From assembly GCF_036507355.1 (NCBI RefSeq), contig NZ_AP027877.1: DNA of 64,000 nucleotides; one strand, given 5' to 3'. The stretch comes from Escherichia coli (lineage in GTDB: Bacteria; Pseudomonadota; Gammaproteobacteria; Enterobacterales; Enterobacteriaceae). The number at the start of each line of letters is the position of its first letter. The stretch's first letter is position 1. Below the pieces are notes generated by a model. That model saw nothing but the letters and a program-made list of their open reading frames with translations. It was not told the origin of the DNA and did no database searches. Made by a program: the position numbers and the translations under genes. Positions 56,711-64,000 of the stretch are shown here, in pieces.

Positions 56711-58096
56711 ATGAATATTCCACAGCTCACCGCCCTGTGTTTGCGTTATCAGGGAGTCTTGCTGGATGCCAGCGAAGAAGTGGTTCATGTTGCGGTGGTC
56801 GATGCCCCCTCACATGAATTGCTGGACGCATTGCATTTCGCTACCACCAAACGTATTGAGATCACCTGCTGGACGCGCCAACAAATGGAAGGCCACGCCA
56901 GTCGCACACAACAGACATTGCCCGTAGCTGTTCAGGAGAAGCATCAGCCCAAAGCAGAGTTGCTGACTCGAACGTTACAATCTGCGCTGGAACAACGCGC
57001 GTCTGATATTCATATCGAACCAGCAGACAATGCCTACCGCATCCGCTTGCGTATCGACGGCGTATTGCATCCTTTACCGGATGTTTCACCGGATGCCGGA
57101 GTCGCATTAACAGCCAGATTAAAAGTGCTGGGAAACCTGGATATTGCGGAACATCGCCTGCCGCAGGACGGACAATTCACTGTCGAACTGGCAGGAAACG
57201 CCGTCTCATTTCGTATTGCGACCTTACCATGTCGGGGTGGTGAAAAGGTGGTATTAAGGTTGTTACAGCAGGTGAGCCAGGCACTGGATGTTAACACGCT
57301 GGGAATGCAGCCGTTACAACTGGCGGACTTTGCTCATGCCTTGCAACAACCACAGGGACTGGTGCTGGTAACTGGCCCTACCGGCAGCGGCAAAACGGTC
57401 ACGCTTTATAGTGCCCTGCAAACGCTGAATACCGCTGACATTAATATTTGTAGCGTCGAAGATCCGGTTGAGATCCCCATAGCCGGACTAAACCAGACGC
57501 AAATCCATCCGCGTGCCGGGCTCACCTTTCAGGGCGTTTTGCGTGCGTTATTGCGCCAGGATCCTGACGTCATCATGATCGGAGAGATCCGCGATGGCGA
57601 AACGGCAGAAATTGCCATTAAAGCCGCGCAAACCGGTCACCTGGTGTTGTCCACGCTACACACCAATTCCACCACTGAAACGCTGGTACGTTTACAGCAA
57701 ATGGGGGTCGCCCGCTGGATGCTATCATCGGCGCTTACGCTGGTAATAGCCCAGCGTCTGGTACGTAAACTTTGCCCACATTGTCGCCGACAGCAAGGGG
57801 AGCTCATCCATATTCCAGACAATGTATGGCCGTCGCCGCTGCCCCATTGGCAGGCACCCGGTTGTGTACATTGCTACCACGGTTTTTATGGTCGTACCGC
57901 CTTGTTTGAAGTCCTGCCCATTACACCAGCCATACGCCAGCTTATTTCCTCTAATACTGAAGTTGAATCGCTGGAAACGCACGCCCGACAGGCGGGTATG
58001 CGAACGCTTTTTGAAAACGGCTGCCTGGCCGTGGAGCAAGGCTTAACCACCTTTGAAGAGTTAATCCGCGTATTGGGGATGCCGCATGGCGAGTAA
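56711..58096 (+). CDS. hofB: Type IV pilus assembly ATPase (GspE/PilB family)
   Basis: ORF track 461 aa; Walker A GPTGSGKT; C-terminal CxxC...CxxC. Confidence 0.92.
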   Translation: MNIPQLTALCLRYQGVLLDASEEVVHVAVVDAPSHELLDALHFATTKRIEITCWTRQQMEGHASRTQQTLPVAVQEKHQPKAELLTRTLQSALEQRASDIHIEPADNAYRIRLRIDGVLHPLPDVSPDAGVALTARLKVLGNLDIAEHRLPQDGQFTVELAGNAVSFRIATLPCRGGEKVVLRLLQQVSQALDVNTLGMQPLQLADFAHALQQPQGLVLVTGPTGSGKTVTLYSALQTLNTADINICSVEDPVEIPIAGLNQTQIHPRAGLTFQGVLRALLRQDPDVIMIGEIRDGETAEIAIKAAQTGHLVLSTLHTNSTTETLVRLQQMGVARWMLSSALTLVIAQRLVRKLCPHCRRQQGELIHIPDNVWPSPLPHWQAPGCVHCYHGFYGRTALFEVLPITPAIRQLISSNTEVESLETHARQAGMRTLFENGCLAVEQGLTTFEELIRVLGMPHGE

Positions 58097-59288
58097 GCAA
58101 CTCTGGCGCTGGCATGGCATAACCGGCGACGGCAATGCGCAAGATGGGATGCTATGGGCAGAGAGCCGTGCTTTGCTGCTCATGGCACTACAGCAACAGA
58201 TGGTTACTCCACTAAGCCTGAAGCGAATTGCTATCAATTCTGCGCAGTGGCGAGGAGATAAAAGCGCGGAAGTCATTCATCAACTGGCGACGCTACTTAA
58301 AGCCGGGTTAACGCTTTCTGAAGGGCTGGCACTGCTGGCGGAACAGCATCCCAGTAAGCAATGGCAAGCGTTGCTGCAATCTCTGGCACACGATCTCGAA
58401 CAGGGCATTGCCTTTTCCAATGCCTTATTACCCTGGTCAGAGGTATTTCCGCCGCTCTATCAGGCGATGATCCGCACGGGTGAACTGACCGGTAAGCTGG
58501 ATGAATGCTGCTTTGAACTTGCGCGTCAGCAAAAAGCCCAGCGTCAGTTGACCGATAAAGTGAAATCAGCGTTGCGTTATCCCATCATCATTTTAGCGAT
58601 GGCAATCATGGTGGTTGTGGCAATGCTGCATTTTGTTCTGCCGGAGTTTGCCGCTATCTATAAGACCTTCAACACCCCCCTACCGGCACTAACGCAGGGG
58701 ATCATGACGCTGGCAGACTTTAGTGGCGAATGGGGCTGGCTGCTGGTGTTGTTCGGCTTTCTGCTGGCGATAGCCAATAAGTTGCTGATGCGCCGCCCGA
58801 CCTGGCTTATCGCGCGGCAGAAATTGCTGTTACGCATCCCGATTATGGGTTCACTGATGAGGGGACAAAAACTCACGCAGATCTTTACGATTCTGGCGCT
58901 GACACAAAGTGCAGGCATTACTTTTTTACAGGGCGTAGAGAGCGTCAGAGAAACAATGCGCTGCCCGTACTGGGTGCAACTTCTGACACAAATCCAGCAC
59001 GATATCAGTAACGGTCATCCCATCTGGCTGGCGCTAAAAAATGCCGGTGAGTTTAGCCCGCTCTGTTTGCAATTAGTGAGAACGGGAGAGGCCTCCGGCT
59101 CGCTGGATCTCATGTTAGACAACCTCGCCCATCATCATCGGGATAACACAATGGCGCTGGCGGATAACCTAGCAGCCTTACTGGAACCGGCGTTGCTGAT
59201 CATAACGGGAGGAATTATCGGTACGCTGGTGGTGGCGATGTATCTGCCAATTTTCCATTTAGGCGATGCGATGAGTGGGATGGGATAA
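58086..59288 (+). CDS. hofC: Type IV pilus inner-membrane platform protein (GspF/PilC family)
   Basis: ORF track 400 aa; start overlaps hofB end by 11 nt. Confidence 0.9.
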   Translation: MASKQLWRWHGITGDGNAQDGMLWAESRALLLMALQQQMVTPLSLKRIAINSAQWRGDKSAEVIHQLATLLKAGLTLSEGLALLAEQHPSKQWQALLQSLAHDLEQGIAFSNALLPWSEVFPPLYQAMIRTGELTGKLDECCFELARQQKAQRQLTDKVKSALRYPIIILAMAIMVVVAMLHFVLPEFAAIYKTFNTPLPALTQGIMTLADFSGEWGWLLVLFGFLLAIANKLLMRRPTWLIARQKLLLRIPIMGSLMRGQKLTQIFTILALTQSAGITFLQGVESVRETMRCPYWVQLLTQIQHDISNGHPIWLALKNAGEFSPLCLQLVRTGEASGSLDLMLDNLAHHHRDNTMALADNLAALLEPALLIITGGIIGTLVVAMYLPIFHLGDAMSGMG

Positions 59289-59289
59289 C

Positions 59290-59314
59290 GCTGGCGTGTT
59301 GCTCCACACCAGCG
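59290..59314. terminator. Stem-loop between convergent hofC and guaC
   Basis: gctggcgtg-ttgctc-cacaccagc, 9-bp stem with one mismatch. Confidence 0.35.
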
Positions 59315-59322
59315 TCGGAAGA

Positions 59323-60366
59323 TTACAGGTTGTTGAAGATGCGGTTTTCTTGTTCCAGCACACGGATAAATGTGGTGCGCTTGGTCAGTTCTTTCAGGCG
59401 TGAAGCCCCAACGTATGTACAAGCCGAACGCAGGCCGCCCAAAATATCACGCGCGGTATTTTCAACCGGGCCTCGCAGCGGCAGCTTAACGGTTTTACCT
59501 TCTGCTGCGCGATATTCCGCAACGCCGCCAACGTGACGTTTCATCGCAGACTCGGAGCTCATGCCGTAGAACAGCATAAATTTCTCGCCGTTCTCCTCAA
59601 CGATGCGACCGCCGCTCTCTTCGTGGCCCGCCAGCATGCCGCCAAGCATGACGAAATCGGCACCGCCGCCAAAGGCTTTCGCGACATCGCCCGGCGTGGT
59701 GCAGCCACCATCGCTGACGATCATTCCGCCCAGACCGTGCGCAGCATCGGCACATTCGATTACCGCAGAAAGTTGCGGATAACCGACGCCTGTTTTGACA
59801 CGAGTTGTACAAACAGAACCTGGGCCAATGCCAACTTTAACGATATCGGCACCGGAGAGGATAAGCTCCTCACACATTTCACCAGTCACTACGTTGCCAG
59901 CACAAATGGTTTTGGTCGGCCACGCTTCACGCGCTTTCGCAACGAACTGCACGAAGTGTTCGGAATAACCATTCGCCACATCAATACAAACGAAGTTTAA
60001 TGCCGGGTTCAGGTCGAGAATCTGTTTAGTTTTTTCGAAATCCGCATCAGACGTGCCGGTAGAAACCATCACATGTTTCAGCACATCAGCGGAAGAATTG
60101 TTGATAAACGCTTGCCACTCTTCGACAGAATAGTGTTTATGCACAGCAGTCAAAATATCAAAAGAAGCCAGCGCAGAGGCCATAGAAAATGTGCCTACGG
60201 TGTCCATATTTGCGGCGATAATCGGCACGCCGGACCAGCTCTGACCTGAATGTTTGAAGGTGAATTGACGTTCCAGTTCAACATCGGAACGGCTTTTAAG
60301 AGTGGAGCGTTTAGGGCGGATGAGAACGTCTTTAAAACCTAACTTCAGATCTTCTTCAATACGCAT
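59323..60366 (-). CDS. guaC: GMP reductase
   Basis: ORF track 347 aa, [33 protein letters not shown]... Confidence 0.95.
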   Translation of the reverse strand: MRIEEDLKLGFKDVLIRPKRSTLKSRSDVELERQFTFKHSGQSWSGVPIIAANMDTVGTFSMASALASFDILTAVHKHYSVEEWQAFINNSSADVLKHVMVSTGTSDADFEKTKQILDLNPALNFVCIDVANGYSEHFVQFVAKAREAWPTKTICAGNVVTGEMCEELILSGADIVKVGIGPGSVCTTRVKTGVGYPQLSAVIECADAAHGLGGMIVSDGGCTTPGDVAKAFGGGADFVMLGGMLAGHEESGGRIVEENGEKFMLFYGMSSESAMKRHVGGVAEYRAAEGKTVKLPLRGPVENTARDILGGLRSACTYVGASRLKELTKRTTFIRVLEQENRIFNNL

Positions 60367-60590
60367 GTGCGGATTCCTGGGGTTAATGGCTATAAGGGTA
60401 AGAGCGCAACTCCAGTGACGCTATCATACGCACTAATCAATGCGGCGCAAGACTGCGAAATTGTCTTTTTTTACGCTACAATCCCATAAATTTACCTGGT
60501 AAATAGTGAGCGAACGTTTCATCAATTTCGCTTTCGTGCGCTCATTTTTAACGTTTTGATAATCATGATGAATTCCCGGGAATATAAATT

Positions 60591-61211
60591 ATGAGGTATA
60601 TAGTTGCCTTAACGGGAGGCATTGGCAGTGGCAAGAGTACCGTTGCCAATGCGTTTGCTGATCTCGGAATTAACGTCATTGATGCCGATATTATTGCGCG
60701 TCAGGTGGTTGAACCAGGTGCACCTGCGCTACATGCCATTGCTGATCACTTTGGCGCTAACATGATTGCTGCTGATGGAACATTGCAGCGCCGGGCCTTG
60801 CGCGAGCGGATCTTCGCCAACCCGGAAGAGAAAAACTGGCTTAACGCCCTGCTGCATCCGCTGATTCAGCAAGAGACGCAACACCAGATCCAGCAAGCAA
60901 CTTCCCCCTATGTACTGTGGGTTGTGCCATTGCTGGTAGAAAACTCACTGTATAAAAAAGCGAATCGAGTGCTGGTGGTGGATGTCAGCCCAGAAACGCA
61001 GCTTAAGCGCACCATGCAGCGCGATGATGTAACTCGCGAGCATGTCGAACAAATCCTTGCTGCTCAGGCAACGCGCGAAGCCCGCCTTGCCGTGGCAGAT
61101 GACGTCATTGATAATAACGGCGCACCGGATGCTATCGCATCGGATGTTGCCCGCCTGCACGCACACTATTTGCAGCTTGCGTCGCAGTTTGTCTCACAGG
61201 AAAAACCGTAA
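60591..61211 (+). CDS. coaE: Dephospho-CoA kinase
   Basis: ORF track 206 aa; P-loop GGIGSGKST. Confidence 0.93.
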
Positions 61212-61954
61212 TGCAGACCCAGGTCCTTTTTGAACATCCACTAAATGAAAAAATGCGTACATGGCTGCGCATTGAGTTTTTGATTCAGCAACTCACCGTT
61301 AATTTACCCATCGTTGACCACGCTGGCGCGCTGCATTTCTTCCGTAATGTCAGTGAATTACTGGATGTTTTCGAGCGCGGCGAAGTCCGCACTGAGCTGT
61401 TGAAAGAACTTGACCGGCAGCAACGTAAACTCCAGACCTGGATTGGCGTGCCTGGCGTGGACCAGAGCCGTATTGAAGCATTAATTCAGCAGTTAAAAGC
61501 GGCGGGGAGCGTATTAATCTCCGCGCCACGTATCGGGCAATTTCTACGTGAAGATCGTTTGATTGCTCTGGTGCGTCAGCGACTGAGCATCCCAGGCGGC
61601 TGTTGCAGCTTTGATTTACCAACATTGCACATTTGGCTGCATCTACCCCAGGCGCAGCGCGACAGCCAGGTAGAAACCTGGATTGCCAGCCTGAACCCGC
61701 TCACCCAGGCACTTACCATGGTGCTGGATTTAATTCGCCAGTCGGCCCCCTTCCGTAAACAAACCAGCCTGAATGGTTTTTATCAGGATAACGGTGGCGA
61801 TGCCGACTTGCTGCGCCTGAATCTGTCGCTCGATTCACAGCTTTATCCGCAAATTTCCGGACATAAGAGCCGTTTTGCCATTCGTTTTATGCCGCTGGAC
61901 ACTGAAAACGGACAGGTACCGGAACGTCTGGATTTCGAACTGGCCTGTTGCTAA
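61211..61954 (+). CDS. zapD: Cell division factor ZapD
   Basis: ORF track 247 aa; start overlaps coaE stop (TAATG). Confidence 0.9.
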
Positions 61955-61963
61955 GGAGTAAAA

Positions 61964-62161
61964 ATGTCAGAAACTATTACGGTGAATTGCCCAACCTGCG
62001 GGAAAACGGTGGTGTGGGGTGAAATCAGCCCGTTTCGGCCATTTTGCTCCAAACGTTGTCAGCTGATTGACCTCGGAGAATGGGCTGCTGAAGAAAAACG
62101 AATCCCCAGCAGTGGCGATCTTTCCGAAAGCGATGACTGGAGCGAAGAACCAAAGCAGTGA
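61964..62161 (+). CDS. yacG: DNA gyrase inhibitor YacG (zinc finger)
   Basis: ORF track 65 aa; CPTCGK...CSKRC zinc ribbon. Confidence 0.9.
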
Positions 62162-62170
62162 CATTTGTCT

Positions 62171-62263
62171 GATGCCGCACGTAGGCCTGATAAGACGCGC
62201 CAGCGTCGCATCAGGCATCGTGTGCGAATGTCGGATGCGGCGAAAACGCCTTATCTGACCTAC
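62171..62263. repeat. BIME: REP units between convergent yacG and mutT
   Basis: gcctgataagacgcgccagcgtcgcatcaggc and gtcggatgcggcgaaaacgccttatctgacctac are canonical REP sequences. Confidence 0.75.
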
Positions 62264-62649
62264 AGACGTTTAAGCTTCGCAATTACCGGTTCATTGGCTG
62301 GCGGAAAATCATCGGCATTAAGACCGACCAGCGACATCCACTTACCGGGTTGCCCTTCTTTACCCCACGGCTCCCCTTCCCAGCTTTCGACCAGCCAGAA
62401 CCACAGAGTTATATGCCTGTCCGGGAATTCATATTCCAGTTTTTCAAATAGCGAAAAATGTTGTGGGGTAATCCCGACTTCTTCCTGAAGTTCACGCACC
62501 ACCGCCTGTTCCGGCGTTTCACCCATTTCAATTTTACCGCCGGGAAACTCCAGTTTATTCGCCATGTGCGCATCTGCTGCGCGACGCGTTATAAAGATTT
62601 CATTGTTCTCGTTGCGAATAATACCTACCGCAATTTGCAGCTTTTTCAT
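62260..62649 (-). CDS. mutT: 8-oxo-dGTP diphosphatase (Nudix)
   Basis: ORF track 129 aa; Nudix box GGKIEMGETPEQAVVRELQEEVG. Confidence 0.95.
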   Translation of the reverse strand: MKKLQIAVGIIRNENNEIFITRRAADAHMANKLEFPGGKIEMGETPEQAVVRELQEEVGITPQHFSLFEKLEYEFPDRHITLWFWLVESWEGEPWGKEGQPGKWMSLVGLNADDFPPANEPVIAKLKRL

Positions 62650-62708
62650 TGTCTTAAACCTATAAAAAAGGCGCAGAATCCTGCGCCTTTTACTTCAACA
62701 GTTAGCTT

Positions 62709-64000
62709 TTATTGCAGGCGGCCATGGCACTGCTTGTATTTTTTACCAGAACCGCACGGGCAAGGATCGTTACGTCCTACTTTGCGCTCACCGGTTTGCG
62801 CCGCCAGTGCAGCTGCGGCTGCAGAGTCGTCATCCTGATGGCTAAGCTGCTGCATTTGCGCTAAACGCTCGGCTTCCATACGACGCTGTTGTTCCAGCTC
62901 CTCAACCTCTTCAGGCATACGTACCTGAACTTTGCTCAGCGTACTGATAACTTCATATTTCAACGACTCCAGCATCGCTGCAAACATGGAGAACGATTCA
63001 CGTTTGTATTCCTGCTTCGGATCTTTCTGTGCATAGCCACGCAGGTGGATACCCTGACGCAGATAGTCCATCGCTGCCAGGTGCTCTTTCCACAGGGAGT
63101 CAAGCGTTTGCAGCATGACGCCTTTCTCGAAGTGACGCATCATCTCAGCACCAACCACTTCTTCTTTACGCTGATACACTTCGATGGACTGCGCCAGAAT
63201 GCGCTCACGCAGCGTCTCTTCATGCAGTTCTGGTTCTTTATCCAGCCACTCGGCAATTGGCAAATCGAGGTCGAAATCGTTCTTCAGACGTTCCTGCAGC
63301 CCCGGAATATCCCACATTTCTTCCAGCGACTGTGGTGGAATGTAGGCATCAATGGTCGCTTTGAACACATCTTCACGAATGCTGTTAATGGTTTCGCTCA
63401 CATCGCTGACATCCAGCAATTCGTTACGCTGGGAGTAAATGGCACGACGCTGATCGTTAGCCACGTCATCATATTCCAGCAGTTGCTTACGAATGTCGAA
63501 GTTACGACTTTCAACTTTACGCTGGGCGTTGGCAATCGCTTTAGTCACCCACGGGTGTTCAATGGCTTCGCCTGGCTTCATACCCAGTTTACGCATCATT
63601 CCGGATACTCGGTCGGAAGCAAAAATACGCATCAGCGCATCTTCCATCGACAGGTAGAAACGGGAAGAACCAGCATCCCCCTGACGACCAGAACGACCGC
63701 GCAACTGGTTATCGATACGACGGGATTCGTGACGCTCGGTACCGATGATATGCAGGCCACCTGCTGCCAGTACCGCATCGTGACGTACCTGCCAGTCGGC
63801 TTTAATTTTTTCAATTTGCTCTGCGGTCGGATTTTCCAGCGCGGCAACTTCTGCCTGCCAGCTACCACCGAGCACAATATCTGTACCACGACCCGCCATG
63901 TTGGTCGCGATAGTCACCGCAGCCGGATAACCTGCCTGAGCAACAATCGCCGCTTCGTTGGCGTGGAATTTGGCGTTCAGGACATTGTGCTTAATACCGG
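62709..64000 (-). CDS. secA: Preprotein translocase ATPase SecA, C-terminal part; gene runs off the window end
   Basis: ORF track 62709..63917 ends with zinc-binding [14 protein letters not shown]; frame stays open upstream to 64000 and reads ...[40 protein letters not shown]. Confidence 0.93.
   Translation of the reverse strand, partial: GIKHNVLNAKFHANEAAIVAQAGYPAAVTIATNMAGRGTDIVLGGSWQAEVAALENPTAEQIEKIKADWQVRHDAVLAAGGLHIIGTERHESRRIDNQLRGRSGRQGDAGSSRFYLSMEDALMRIFASDRVSGMMRKLGMKPGEAIEHPWVTKAIANAQRKVESRNFDIRKQLLEYDDVANDQRRAIYSQRNELLDVSDVSETINSIREDVFKATIDAYIPPQSLEEMWDIPGLQERLKNDFDLDLPIAEWLDKEPELHEETLRERILAQSIEVYQRKEEVVGAEMMRHFEKGVMLQTLDSLWKEHLAAMDYLRQGIHLRGYAQKDPKQEYKRESFSMFAAMLESLKYEVISTLSKVQVRMPEEVEELEQQRRMEAERLAQMQQLSHQDDDSAAAAALAAQTGERKVGRNDPCPCGSGKKYKQCHGRLQ

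Noticed and set aside
62165-62488. 107-aa ORF starting in the REP cluster
   Set aside because: Begins inside REP sequence and runs antisense into mutT; no ribosome-binding site

Overview
Enterobacterial chromosome segment (Escherichia coli / Shigella type), colinear with the E. coli K-12 secA-to-fhuB region but in reverse orientation. Gene order in the window: fhuB(5' part)-fhuD-fhuC-fhuA, mrcB, hrpB, thpR-sfsA-dksA-gluQ-pcnB-folK, the yadN-yadV-htrE-yadM-yadL-yadK-yadC chaperone-usher fimbrial operon, panB-panC, yadD(rpnC), panD, yadE, yadI-yadH-yadG, can, hpt, gcd, cueO, yacC, speE-speD, yacL, acnB, yacH, lpd-aceF-aceE-pdhR, aroP, ampE-ampD, nadC, ppdD-hofB-hofC, guaC, coaE-zapD-yacG, mutT, secA(3' part). 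Almost all of it is conserved core housekeeping DNA; I did not find a clearly novel multi-gene system. The non-core or unusual content is: (1) a free-standing small ORF that is a paralog of the C-terminal tail of the Rpn-family nuclease YadD, lying in a partial duplication of the yadD 3' end next to an ERIC element; (2) a 1229-bp IS3-family insertion sequence with 3-bp target duplication inside yacH, which also carries an upstream in-frame TGA; (3) an in-frame TAA that truncates yadE; (4) REP/BIME clusters and a nested GC-rich palindromic element. No rRNA, tRNA, CRISPR array or prophage was seen. Gene names come from recognising the translated proteins, and all comparisons to K-12 are from memory, not from a database search.
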